Origin: Dehalococcoidia bacterium
GTDB lineage: Bacteria; Chloroflexota; Dehalococcoidia; SM23-28-2; RBG-16-64-32
Reading direction: 5' to 3'
Length of the DNA stretch: 64,000 nt
Assembly (NCBI GenBank): GCA_034408935.1
Contig: DAOUMV010000014.1
Coordinates: forward strand, 32,564 to 96,563
Position numbers and translations under genes: made by a program. The notes under the pieces are model-generated. The model searched no databases. It was not told the DNA's origin and was given only the letters and a program-made list of their open reading frames with translations. This document shows positions 38,035-47,367 of the stretch, piece after piece. Each line of letters starts with the position of its first letter. The stretch's first letter is position 1.

Positions 38035-39951
38035 CTACTCGCAGCCCGCCCCGAACACCGGCGGCAGCACCGGGAACACGTCCCCCAGGTTGATTAGGCC
38101 GTCCGGTGATAGATCCGCCCGCGGGCTCCAGTCGGCAATGCCATCACCATTCGTGTCGGGGTTCGACGGACTGGAGCCGAAGTACGGCGGGAGCACGCTA
38201 AACAGGTCCGCGAGGTTGATGATCTGGTTATCGTCAAAGTCCGCAGGCCACTTGTCATCCCCCTCATCACCAGGGTTCGCCGTGTCCGCACAGGGGTCCG
38301 CTGGGTCCGTACCGATTACGCCCTCGTCCGTGTCCGTGAACCCGTCGCCGTCGCTGTCGCCGCAGGGGCCGCCAACCACCACCTCGCCGCTCAGCACAGT
38401 GTTCGCCGCGAGCTCAGCGTACCCCGAAGCGGTCCCGGCAACCAGCATGAGGTCCACGTAGCCGTCCTGGCCGCCTAGCGTACTGGGGATGAGGAGCGGG
38501 CTCGTGCCGGTGCCCACAGCCGTCACTGTGATCCTCGCCAGCACGCCGTCCCCGCTCTCGTGGTTGTCCGGGGGAGGTGGGGAGATCGTTCCGTCTGCGG
38601 CCACAAACGTTGCCGAGTTTGGGTTCCACTGCGTGTCGCTATTGGAGAGGAAGCCAGCACCGCCTCTGCTGTCGATGCGAGAGAGGATGGTCACATCGTC
38701 CGGTGGCGTCGAACCGGCCGCGTCGACGTCGATGAAGTCCCAAGAATCCTCATCGATCATGGTATCCAAATCATTGTCAATGAAGTCGACGGGGTCCTCG
38801 TCGATTAGCGTGTCCCCGTCATCGTCAATGCCGATCTGTATCACGGCTGGGTCGTAGTCGATATCGATCTGGTAGCCCTTAATCCTGTCAGCGGGGTCGA
38901 CCCCCTTGATGACGAGATCGAAGGTGTGGGTGTCACCGACAGCGGCGATCTCTCCGCAGTTCTCGATCGTGCCGACGGTGCTGTCGTCGTTGCCCGTGGT
39001 GTCCATGTCGATCGCCACCAGATCGACAGTGCTGAGCGGAGGCGTGGGCGTGGGCGTAGACGTAGGCGTAGTGGGCGTAGGCGTAGGTGTAGGCGTCGGT
39101 GCGGGCGTAGCCGTAGGCGTGGGCGCCGGTGTGGGCGTAGGCGTCGGCGTAGGGGTAGGCGGCGGTGGCGTGGGGACCACGCACGGCTCGCCCACGGACA
39201 CGGCGCCGATCTGCACGGCGTTCACCGGAACGGGCAGGTGCTTCAGTGGCCCGTCTCCAGCCATGAGCATGAGGTCAACGAAGCCATCCTGGCCCCCGGA
39301 GGGCCCGGGAACGATGAGGCCGCTCGTGCCGGTGCCCACGGCCGTCACCGTGATCCTTGCCAGCACCCCCTCACCGCTCTCGTGGTTGTCCGGGGGAGGT
39401 GGGGAGATCGTTAGGTCTGCGGCCACAAACGTTGCCGAGTTTGGGTTCCACTGCGTGTCGCTAATGGAGATGAAGCCAGCACCGCCTCTGCTGTCGATGC
39501 GAGACAGGATGGTCACATCGTCCGGTGGCGTCGAACCGGCCGCGTCGACGTCGATGAAGTCCCAGGGGTCCTCGTCGATCTGGGTGTCCCCGTCATCGTC
39601 GATGGAGTAGGGGTCGACGGGGTCCTCGTCAAACAACGTGTCGCCGTCATCGTCGATGCCGATGCGTATCACGCTCGGGTCGTAGTCGATATCGATCTGG
39701 TATCCAGCGATCTTGTCGACAGGGTCCACGCCCTTGACCACGAGGTCAAACGTATGGGTCTCGCCGACTGTGGACATCTCGTAGCACTGCTCTATCGTGC
39801 CCACCGTGCTGTCGTCGTTGCCCGTGATGTCCATGTCGATGGCCACCAAGTCGATGGCGCCGGGCAAGGCGGCAGTTGAGCGGATCGAAAGCAGCCCAGC
39901 AAACATTGCCAGCGCCGCCAGGCCGGTCAGCAGAAGTCCTGTGTATCGCAT
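38035..39951 (-). CDS. secreted surface protein P1: two tandem cohesin-like modules (each with acidic DDDGD Ca-binding insert) + PT linker + TSP3-like repeat + C-terminal dockerin-like Cys-terminated module
   Basis: MRYTGLLLTGLAALAMF signal peptide. Two copies of VDLVAIDMDTTGNDDSTVGTIE.C...THTFDLV.KGVDP.D.I.GYQIDIDYDP.VI.I...GVLARITVTAVGTGTS (cohesin-like strand pattern). C-terminal DFDDNQIINLADLFSVLPPYFGSS...DTNGDGIADWS...PDGLINLGDVFPVLPPVFGAGCE. Confidence 0.75.
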   Translation of the reverse strand: MRYTGLLLTGLAALAMFAGLLSIRSTAALPGAIDLVAIDMDITGNDDSTVGTIEQCYEMSTVGETHTFDLVVKGVDPVDKIAGYQIDIDYDPSVIRIGIDDDGDTLFDEDPVDPYSIDDDGDTQIDEDPWDFIDVDAAGSTPPDDVTILSRIDSRGGAGFISISDTQWNPNSATFVAADLTISPPPPDNHESGEGVLARITVTAVGTGTSGLIVPGPSGGQDGFVDLMLMAGDGPLKHLPVPVNAVQIGAVSVGEPCVVPTPPPPTPTPTPTPTPAPTPTATPAPTPTPTPTPTTPTSTPTPTPPLSTVDLVAIDMDTTGNDDSTVGTIENCGEIAAVGDTHTFDLVIKGVDPADRIKGYQIDIDYDPAVIQIGIDDDGDTLIDEDPVDFIDNDLDTMIDEDSWDFIDVDAAGSTPPDDVTILSRIDSRGGAGFLSNSDTQWNPNSATFVAADGTISPPPPDNHESGDGVLARITVTAVGTGTSPLLIPSTLGGQDGYVDLMLVAGTASGYAELAANTVLSGEVVVGGPCGDSDGDGFTDTDEGVIGTDPADPCADTANPGDEGDDKWPADFDDNQIINLADLFSVLPPYFGSSPSNPDTNGDGIADWSPRADLSPDGLINLGDVFPVLPPVFGAGCE

Positions 39952-39970
39952 ACTCTACCCCCTATGCGGG

Positions 39971-42196
39971 CTACTCGCAGCTTGAGCCGAACACCGGCGG
40001 CAGCAACGGGAACACGTCACCGAGGTTGATGAAGCCGTCCGGGACCAGGTCTCTCCGAGGGCTCCAGTCAGGGATGGTATCACCATTCGTATCGGGCACG
40101 TCTGGGCTTGAGCCGAAGTGCGGCGGGAGCACGTTGAACAGGTCGCCGAGGTTGATCAGCGTGCTCATGTCGAAGTCCGACGGCCAGGCGTCGTCCGTCG
40201 GGTCATCGGGGCAGTTGTCCACAGGGTCCGTGCCGACCAATACCTCGACGCCATCGGCGAACCCGTCGTAGTCGCCGTCGCCCTCCAGCCCCAGCACTGA
40301 GACCTTCCCCGCCACGCCGGGGTTGCTCAGGTGTGTGACGTATGCGCGGTTGATCTCGGGGTTGACCGCAATGCCTTCCGCTTGGGGATCGAGGGTGATG
40401 GCGGACGTCACGGTACTGGTCGCCCCATCAATAACCTTGAGCACGCCCGGGCCGGTGGCAGGCCCGTCGGTCACGTAGATGCGATTAGCGGCGGAGTCAA
40501 CGCCGATACCCTGGACAAAGCCCCCACTGGGCTGGTTTGTATCCATCGGCAGAACGGCCAGGACCTCCTCGCTGTCGCCGTCGACCACGGATACGCTCCC
40601 CTGTTCGTACACGTCGGTGGCCACACCGGCCACATAGATGCGATCGGTCAGGGGATTCACGGCCACGGCGGCGGGGTACAGGCCCGAATCCAGAGGGATT
40701 GTTGAGATCACACTGTTAGTGGCACCGTCGATCACTGACATCGAGTCGTCCGCCGCGTTGGCAACGTAGACGCGGCCGGTGATCGAGTTCACGTCGATTC
40801 CGGTCGGGAACCCCCCCACCGCGATCGTGGCCAGCACCGCGCCGGTGCTGCCGTCAACAGCCGCCACGACGTTGTCCACGATACTGGTCGCGTAGACACG
40901 GTCCGTCTCGCTGTTCACGGCTAGGCCAATACCCGCCAGGAAGCTCAGCCCCAGCGGAATAGTGTCGATCACCGCGTATGTAGCTCCGTCTATCACCGAG
41001 AGCGAAGTGGGTGGAAGGCCGTTTCCCACGTAGATACGGTTGGTGCTGGTGTTCACGGCGATGCTCTGCGGCCCGTCCGCCACAGCGATGGTGGTGATGA
41101 CGTCATGAGTTACGCTGTCGATAACCGAGACCGTGTCATCGTGGTAGTTCGCCACGTAGATGCGGTCGTCTTCGGGGTTGACCGCCGCGCCCATGGGCCC
41201 GGCACCCACATCTATCACGTCGATGAGCTGTGGTGGCATCGGCGTCGCCGTTGGCGTGGGTGTGGGCTCCGTGGGCGTAGGTGTGGGCTCCGTGGGCGTA
41301 GGTGTCGGCGTTGGCGTAGGTGTCGGCGTCGTCGTGGGTGTGGGAGTCGGAGTCGGGGTCGGGGTAACGGTAGGTGCCGGAGTCGGGGTCGGACTTGGGG
41401 CGGGTCCCGGGGTGGGCGTGGGAGTGGGCGCGGTGACGACGCACGGCTCGCCCACGGACACGGCGCCGACCTGCACTGTGCTCACCGGAACGGGCGTCCC
41501 CTCCAGTGGCCCATCTCCTGCGATCAGCATGAGGTTAACGAAGCCGTCGTAACCCCCGGACGGCCCCGGAACGATGAGGCCGCTGGTGCCGGTGCCCACG
41601 GCCTCGATGGTGATCCTGGCCAGCACGCCGTCACCGGACTCGTGGTTGGCTGGGGCGGGCGGCGTATTCGTGGCATCGGCGGCCGTGGGCGTGATCGAGC
41701 CGTCGCTATCCGGCATGGGGTCGGCGATGTGGGTTATGGGCACGAAGTCACCGCCGCCGCTGCTGTCTATGCGGGAGAGGATCGTGACGTTGTCGGGTGG
41801 GGTCGAACCCGCGGCGTCAACGTCGAGAACCGAGATGATCTTGATCACGCTCGGGTCGTAATCGATATCGACCTGATAGCCCTTGATCTTGTCGACGGGG
41901 TCGATCCCCTTGACAACGAGGTCAAACGTATGGGTCTCGCCCACTGTCGACATCTCGTGGCACTGCTCTATCGTGCCCACCGTGCTGTCGTCGTTGCCCA
42001 CCGTGTCCATGTCGATGGCGACGAGGGTCACGTCTCCGGGACCGGCCCGGGCGACATCACGTTCACCAAGCAGCGTCGTGAGGCCGAGCACGGTGACCGC
42101 TAGCAGGACGCCCATGAGGAGGGAAGCGAGCACTACTCGTCTCGCGGGGCGGTTCACTACCCCCGACCCCAGCAGCAGCATCCGCAAATATCGCAT
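39971..42196 (-). CDS. secreted surface protein P2: cohesin-like module + PT linker + YVTN-type beta-propeller repeats + TSP3-like repeat + C-terminal dockerin-like module
   Basis: Start set at MRYLRMLLLGSG (M14 of the listed ORF, by analogy with P1 and P3). One cohesin-like module. Repeats of RIYVANYHDDTVSVIDSVTHDVITTIAV type (YVTN family). C-terminal DFDMSTLINLGDLFNVLPPHFGSS...DTNGDTIPDWS...PDGFINLGDVFPLLPPVFGSSCE. Confidence 0.75.
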   Translation of the reverse strand: MRYLRMLLLGSGVVNRPARRVVLASLLMGVLLAVTVLGLTTLLGERDVARAGPGDVTLVAIDMDTVGNDDSTVGTIEQCHEMSTVGETHTFDLVVKGIDPVDKIKGYQVDIDYDPSVIKIISVLDVDAAGSTPPDNVTILSRIDSSGGGDFVPITHIADPMPDSDGSITPTAADATNTPPAPANHESGDGVLARITIEAVGTGTSGLIVPGPSGGYDGFVNLMLIAGDGPLEGTPVPVSTVQVGAVSVGEPCVVTAPTPTPTPGPAPSPTPTPAPTVTPTPTPTPTPTTTPTPTPTPTPTPTEPTPTPTEPTPTPTATPMPPQLIDVIDVGAGPMGAAVNPEDDRIYVANYHDDTVSVIDSVTHDVITTIAVADGPQSIAVNTSTNRIYVGNGLPPTSLSVIDGATYAVIDTIPLGLSFLAGIGLAVNSETDRVYATSIVDNVVAAVDGSTGAVLATIAVGGFPTGIDVNSITGRVYVANAADDSMSVIDGATNSVISTIPLDSGLYPAAVAVNPLTDRIYVAGVATDVYEQGSVSVVDGDSEEVLAVLPMDTNQPSGGFVQGIGVDSAANRIYVTDGPATGPGVLKVIDGATSTVTSAITLDPQAEGIAVNPEINRAYVTHLSNPGVAGKVSVLGLEGDGDYDGFADGVEVLVGTDPVDNCPDDPTDDAWPSDFDMSTLINLGDLFNVLPPHFGSSPDVPDTNGDTIPDWSPRRDLVPDGFINLGDVFPLLPPVFGSSCE

Positions 42197-42292
42197 GGCA
42201 AACCCCCTTGGAAGCGCCCTTCCGGGCGCCCTCATTGTACGCCCCTGCTATGGGCTGTCAAGCGCCGCTCTCAACTTCTCCGGCCCCAGTGC

Positions 42293-44014
42293 CTACGGCG
42301 TGCAGCTTGAGCCGAACGTCGGCGGCAGCACCATGAACACGTCCCCCAGGTTGATGAAGCCGTCCGGCGCCAGGTCTCGCCGGACACTCCAGTCGATGAC
42401 GCCGTCACCATTCGTGTCGGGGTTCGATGGACTGGAGCCGAAGTACGGCGGGAGGACGTTGAACAGATCCCCGAGGTCGATCAGAGTGCTCATGTCGAAG
42501 TCGCACGGCCAGGCGTCGTCCATCTGGTCATCCGGGCAGTTGTCCACAGGGTCAGTGCCGATGTACGTCTCCGCGTAGTCGTCGTACCAGTCGCCATCGC
42601 AATCCCGGATACCCGGGCATGGGTCGCAGACATCGCCCAGGTTATCACCATCGCCGTCCTCCTGATCCGGATTGACAGCGCCCGGACAGTTGTCGATGTG
42701 ATCCAGGAAGCCGTCGCAGTCCGCGTCAAGCCGGCAGTGCTCGTAAGCCCCCATGTCACAGGCAGCGCTGCCGTTCCCGTCACCATCGACGGGCCGGGCG
42801 ATCCCTCTCTGATCCGCGGCGGGACAGCACGTGTCGTCTCCAGCGTCTATCGCGGGACTGCCCGCCAGGAGAGCGTGGGTCCTGGTAGAACCACCGTTGT
42901 CCTCAAGCGGGCCCATCTGCGGATCCACGTTGCTGAGATCGCCCGTCGCGGTGAAGCCACAGGAACCGTCGCTGTCCAGGTTGTGCCCCTGCGACCAGAC
43001 AACGCCGTCGCAATCGCCTCCCGACGGGTTGGCGCCCACGATGGTATTCTTGGCCATCACGGAGCTGTATGTGGTGTTGTGGATTCCTCCCCCTGCCTGA
43101 CCGGCCGTATTGTCGCTGACCGTCGTGTTCGTGATCGTCAGGTAGGCCGGCACAGCCGGGTCGCACGGGACCTCGGGAGGGCAGAACAACGCTAGGGCCT
43201 GATTGCCGATGCCGCCGCCGTAGGCTCCCGCGTCGGTGGCCGCGTTGCCGCTGACCGTGACATTGGTGAGCGTCACCGCGCCACCCAGGTTGCGGATGCC
43301 GCCGCCGATGCCGTTCGCGCCGGTGACGGTGTTACCGCTGACGGTAGTGTCCACCATCTCAACGTCGCCCAGTCGGTTGTAGACGCCGCCGCCGCCCCCC
43401 CACTCTCCGCCAACCGTGTTGTTGCTCACGGTACTGCTGCCCACCGTCAGCGTCCCGCGGTTCGCTATGCCGCCGCCGCTACCGCCCAACCAGACGACAG
43501 GGTCGTCAGCCGCGTTCCCGCTGACGCTAACGAGGGTGAGCGTGAGCGCTCCGAAGTTGAGGATGCCGCCGCCGTCGCCCACGGTGCGGCCGCCCTGCAC
43601 GGTCACGCCGGTGATCTCCGCCGCGACGGACCCCGTCACGGAAAAGACGCGGTCAATCCCGCCGCCGTCAATGACCGTAGTGTCCGCACCGGCGCCCGTC
43701 ACCGTCAGGTCGTCGGTGATGTCCAGATCGCCGGTGGCTGCGCCACCTTCTGGTACCCCGGTGATACTCAGAGCGTAGATACCAGCCGGAAGGGTGATCG
43801 TATCCGCGCCGGCGTAGGCGTTCGCCTCCTGGATGGCCGCCCGCAGCGTACAATTGCCAGCGCCGTCATCGCAGGCGCCGTCGCCGGGAATCGCATCCAC
43901 GGCATCAGCGGTCGAGTCTACTGTGAACGTTGACGCGTAGGCGTCGTGGCCCCCGCCGACTAGCAGTGTCCCCGCTGCCAGCAGCCCCAACAGGGAAAAT
44001 CGTAAGTATCGCAT
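42293..44014 (-). CDS. secreted surface protein P3: CSLREA-type N-terminal motif + right-handed beta-helix (Gly-rich) repeats + Cys-rich TSP3-like Ca-binding repeats + C-terminal dockerin-like module
   Basis: Start set at MRYLRFSLLGLLAAG. FTVDSTADAVDAIPGDGACDDGAGNCTLRAAIQEANA (CSLREA motif). GGGI/NxxxV beta-helix repeats. DxDxDGxxD Cys-rich repeats. C-terminal DFDMSTLIDLGDLFNVLPPYFGSS...DTNGDGVIDWS...PDGFINLGDVFMVLPPTFGSSCTP. Confidence 0.75.
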   Translation of the reverse strand: MRYLRFSLLGLLAAGTLLVGGGHDAYASTFTVDSTADAVDAIPGDGACDDGAGNCTLRAAIQEANAYAGADTITLPAGIYALSITGVPEGGAATGDLDITDDLTVTGAGADTTVIDGGGIDRVFSVTGSVAAEITGVTVQGGRTVGDGGGILNFGALTLTLVSVSGNAADDPVVWLGGSGGGIANRGTLTVGSSTVSNNTVGGEWGGGGGVYNRLGDVEMVDTTVSGNTVTGANGIGGGIRNLGGAVTLTNVTVSGNAATDAGAYGGGIGNQALALFCPPEVPCDPAVPAYLTITNTTVSDNTAGQAGGGIHNTTYSSVMAKNTIVGANPSGGDCDGVVWSQGHNLDSDGSCGFTATGDLSNVDPQMGPLEDNGGSTRTHALLAGSPAIDAGDDTCCPAADQRGIARPVDGDGNGSAACDMGAYEHCRLDADCDGFLDHIDNCPGAVNPDQEDGDGDNLGDVCDPCPGIRDCDGDWYDDYAETYIGTDPVDNCPDDQMDDAWPCDFDMSTLIDLGDLFNVLPPYFGSSPSNPDTNGDGVIDWSVRRDLAPDGFINLGDVFMVLPPTFGSSCTP

Positions 44015-44164
44015 GCCCGCCCCTCCAGGCGCTTCCATTGTACGCCCCTCTTATGGGCTGTCAAGCGCCTTTCCGGTGCCCCCTGACACATCCCCCTTAC
44101 AGGTGCAGAACGCGCGTTCTAGCATGGGTCACAGTCAAATCCCACTCAAGGAGGTTCCCGCCCC

Positions 44165-45052
44165 ATGGCCCTCACCCTCGCAGAAGCAGCAAAGCTCTCC
44201 AACGACGTCCTCCTTATCGGCGTCATCGAGACCATCATCAAGGACTCACCCATCCTCCAGCGCATGCCCTTCATCGAGATCGTCGGCAACGGCCTCACCT
44301 ACAACCGCGAGGCCACCGCTCCCTCCGCCGGCTTCTTCGACGTCGGCGACACCTGGACCGAGTCCACGCCCACCTTCACCCAGCAGACCGTCACCCTCAA
44401 GATCATGGGCGGCGACGCTGACATCGACAACTTCCTCATCGCCACCCGCTCCAACCTCCAGGACCTCCAGTCCGCCGTCGTCCAGCTCAAGGCCAAGGCC
44501 GTCCAGCAGCTCTTCGAACAGACCTTCATCACCGGCGACGCCACCACCAACCCCAAGGAGTTCGACGGCCTGGACGAGCTCACCGACCCCTCGCAGGAGC
44601 TCTCGATGGGGGCCAACGGCGGCTCCCTAACCCTCGACAAGCTGGACGAGCTCATCGACACCGTCAAAGGCGGCAAGCCCAGCCTCTTCCTCATGAGCCG
44701 GCGCTCCCGGCGCATCCTCAACAAACTCGCCCGCACCGCCGGCTCCTTCCTGGAGACCGACCGCGACGAGTTCGGTCAGATGCTCCAGTTCTACGACGGC
44801 ATCCCCATCGGCGTCTCCGACTACATCGCCGACGACCAGACCCAGGGCACCAGCAGCGACTGCTCCACCATCTACACCTTCCAGATGGGCGAAGGCGCCC
44901 TGGTGGGCCTCACAGCCCCCGGCGGCCTGCAGGTGGAGCGCGTCGGCTCCTTGGAGAGCAAGGACGCCAGCCGCACCCGCATCAAGTGGTACGCGTCGCT
45001 GGCCCTGTTCAACGCCGTCAAGCTGGCCCGCCTCATCGGAGTACGCCCGTAG
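44165..45052 (+). CDS. phage major-capsid-like protein (putative HK97-fold), family not pinned down
   Basis: 295 aa. MALTLAEAAKLSNDVLLIGVIETIIKDSPILQRMPFIEIVGNGLTYNRE... Size, amphipathic N-terminus and neighbours (connector-like gene downstream, strong hairpin right after the stop) suggest a capsid subunit. Assignment from memory only. Confidence 0.45.
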   Translation: MALTLAEAAKLSNDVLLIGVIETIIKDSPILQRMPFIEIVGNGLTYNREATAPSAGFFDVGDTWTESTPTFTQQTVTLKIMGGDADIDNFLIATRSNLQDLQSAVVQLKAKAVQQLFEQTFITGDATTNPKEFDGLDELTDPSQELSMGANGGSLTLDKLDELIDTVKGGKPSLFLMSRRSRRILNKLARTAGSFLETDRDEFGQMLQFYDGIPIGVSDYIADDQTQGTSSDCSTIYTFQMGEGALVGLTAPGGLQVERVGSLESKDASRTRIKWYASLALFNAVKLARLIGVRP

Positions 45053-45063
45053 TCGGCTGGGCT

Positions 45064-45139
45064 TGGGCCGGCCCGACCCATTCGTCCTGAGCCTGCCCTG
45101 AGCTTGTCGAAGGGCCTGTCGAAGGATCGGGCCGGCCCA
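45064..45139 (+). terminator. large stem-loop (13-bp perfect IR tgggccggcccga...tcgggccggccca) followed by a second small hairpin cagggc-tgaa-gccctg
   Basis: Read directly. Placement immediately after the capsid-like gene resembles attenuating terminators after phage MCP genes. No U-tract, so function uncertain. Confidence 0.4.
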
Positions 45140-45202
45140 GAGCAGGGCTGAAGCCCTGCAACTACGGGCCCCGGCGCCGGCACGAGGCTCAGAGGAGAAG
45201 CT

Positions 45203-45775
45203 GTGACCGTCCTCAAGAAGGCCATCATCAAGTCCTACGCCGCCGCCGAGCACAAGGCGACGGTGCAGATCGCCGGCTCCCTCGGCGTCTGGCTGGACGG
45301 CATCCGCGTGGCTACCGACATCCCCGCCGCCGACGTCGTCGCCGGCCGTCAATGCACCGTCCTCTTCCTCGATCCGTCCAACCAGGACGACGCCGTCGTC
45401 ATCACCATCCAGGGCGCTCTGCCCAGCGCTGGTGCCGGCTCCAGCCACGCCCCCATCGGCGCGTGCTACCCAGGCGTCCTATCCGTCTCCACCCCCAACG
45501 CCGTCGCCCCCCAGGTCCCCTACCGAGGCGCCGCCTTTACCATCGACAAGCTCTACTGCCGCCTCGCCGTCGCCCCCCAGCTCCAGGACGCCAAGGTCAA
45601 GATATGGCGCAACGGCACCAGCATGGGCGAAGTCACCATCACCAAGAGCACCAAGGCCGGCGAGCTCGACGTCAACGTCCCCGTCTCCAGCGGCGACTAC
45701 TTCGAGGCCGAGATCACCCAGACCGGCATAACCCCCAACGAAGGCTCCGACCTCGTATGGCTATGCGTTCCCTGA
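45203..45775 (+). CDS. hypothetical protein (phage-structural neighbourhood)
   Basis: 190 aa. GTG start preceded by AGGAGAAG. No motif recognised. Confidence 0.45.
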   Translation: MTVLKKAIIKSYAAAEHKATVQIAGSLGVWLDGIRVATDIPAADVVAGRQCTVLFLDPSNQDDAVVITIQGALPSAGAGSSHAPIGACYPGVLSVSTPNAVAPQVPYRGAAFTIDKLYCRLAVAPQLQDAKVKIWRNGTSMGEVTITKSTKAGELDVNVPVSSGDYFEAEITQTGITPNEGSDLVWLCVP

Positions 45776-46260
45776 CCCTGCGCGAGGCCACCGACGCTGA
45801 CCTCCGCCCCTTCCACGCCCTCGCCATCAAGGTCTGGAGCCAGCTCGGCGTCGCCTTCGACCCTGACTTCGCCCGCTTCCGCCGCATCCGTGACGGCCGC
45901 CACCGCATCGTCGTCCTCTGGCAGGACGACCAGCTCGTCGCCGCCCTCGTCGCCATCCCCATCGCCACCGACCGAGGCCCCGGCTTCGAGATCAAAGCCT
46001 TCGTCGTCGACCAGGACCTCCAAGACAAGACTACCCTCCTCGACGCCCTCAGCCTCTACGCCATGAACATCGCCCTCGCCGAGGGCCGCACCATCGTCGT
46101 CAGCCACCGTCCCCGCCGCATCGCCGGCACCGTCTACGGCCGCGACAAGCTCGGCATGGACACCACCCGGGGCGACGACGCATACATCCACCAGATCGGC
46201 TACGCCCCCGACATGATGGCCCGCATCTTCCAGCGGCACCCCGAATGGCAATTACCCTAG
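45757..46260 (+). CDS. hypothetical protein (phage-structural neighbourhood)
   Basis: Start set at MAMRSLTLREATDADLRPF within the listed longer ORF, whose N-terminal 135 aa are R/H/P-rich nonsense. Overlaps the upstream gene by 19 nt. Confidence 0.4.
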   Translation: MAMRSLTLREATDADLRPFHALAIKVWSQLGVAFDPDFARFRRIRDGRHRIVVLWQDDQLVAALVAIPIATDRGPGFEIKAFVVDQDLQDKTTLLDALSLYAMNIALAEGRTIVVSHRPRRIAGTVYGRDKLGMDTTRGDDAYIHQIGYAPDMMARIFQRHPEWQLP

Positions 46261-47126
46261 TCCACGACTGCGACGTGGAGCGCCGCGCCAGCCCCACCGC
46301 CCTCAACGGCGACTGGCGCGACTGCTACCTCGAAGAACTCGGCGCCAACAACACCCACGACGGCACGCAGATCGCCGCCGGCATCCAGAACGTCGCTGGC
46401 AAGAACTACAACGAGCGCAGGGCCCTGCTCCTCTTCAACCTCACCAAGTTCATCCCCGCCGGTGCCACCATCACCACCGCCGTCTGGCACTTCTACGTCC
46501 TCTCCACCACAACCACCGGCTTCATGACCTTCACCGCCTACCGCATCCGCCGCCACGACTGGAAGGAGGACGAGGCCACCTGGAACGCCTTCAAGGAACC
46601 CTGGGACTCCGGCGACGCCGAGAGTGGGGGCAACAACACGCTCACCGACACCGACAAGTCCTGGACCACCGACGAATGGAAGAACATGTGGGTCCGCATC
46701 ACCGCCGGCACCGGTGCCGGGCAGTTCCGCACCGTCACCGGAAACAACGGCACTACCCTCACCGTAACCCCCAACTGGGCCACCAACCCCGACAGCACCA
46801 GCCTCTACGTCGTCGGCCAGCTCTGGCAAGGCGCCGGCGCCTCCAACACCGCCCAGGACCGCGACCAGTCCGTCTCCGCTGCCCTCGGCCCGCTGAACAC
46901 CACCGGCTGGAAGGCCAAGACCGTCACCGCCCTCGTCACCGACGCCTGGAGCAACCGCAGCGGCATCTGCACCTTCATCGTCGAGCGCACTGACACCCTC
47001 ACCACCACCGTCGGCGAAGCCTACATCGACGCCAAGAACGCCTATCCCTACGCCCCCGAGCGCGTCCACCACCTGCGCGTCACCTACGCCCTCGACGGCA
47101 AGACGTTCCAGGTCATGGTCCGCTAG
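46245..47126 (+). CDS. hypothetical protein (phage-structural neighbourhood), Thr/Asn-rich
   Basis: 293 aa. Overlaps the previous stop. No motif recognised. Confidence 0.45.
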   Translation: MAITLVHDCDVERRASPTALNGDWRDCYLEELGANNTHDGTQIAAGIQNVAGKNYNERRALLLFNLTKFIPAGATITTAVWHFYVLSTTTTGFMTFTAYRIRRHDWKEDEATWNAFKEPWDSGDAESGGNNTLTDTDKSWTTDEWKNMWVRITAGTGAGQFRTVTGNNGTTLTVTPNWATNPDSTSLYVVGQLWQGAGASNTAQDRDQSVSAALGPLNTTGWKAKTVTALVTDAWSNRSGICTFIVERTDTLTTTVGEAYIDAKNAYPYAPERVHHLRVTYALDGKTFQVMVR

Positions 47127-47367
47127 CACGACACATGCCTGCATTGAGCGAAATGAAATGATCGGTCCACTCGCCACCGCCCACGCCCACCTCGCGGCCG
47201 TTGTGATCAGGCCACCACCCAGACCGATCTCACGCTCGCCCAGCGAGCCGTCGTGCCCTATTCCAGCCCAGTGAGACCGGCCTGTTCGGGAGTCCTGGAC
47301 AGCGTTGCGCCGGAGGCACATCAGCCTCCAGCTCAACGGGACAAGTCAAGAACGAAGGGAATAAGAG

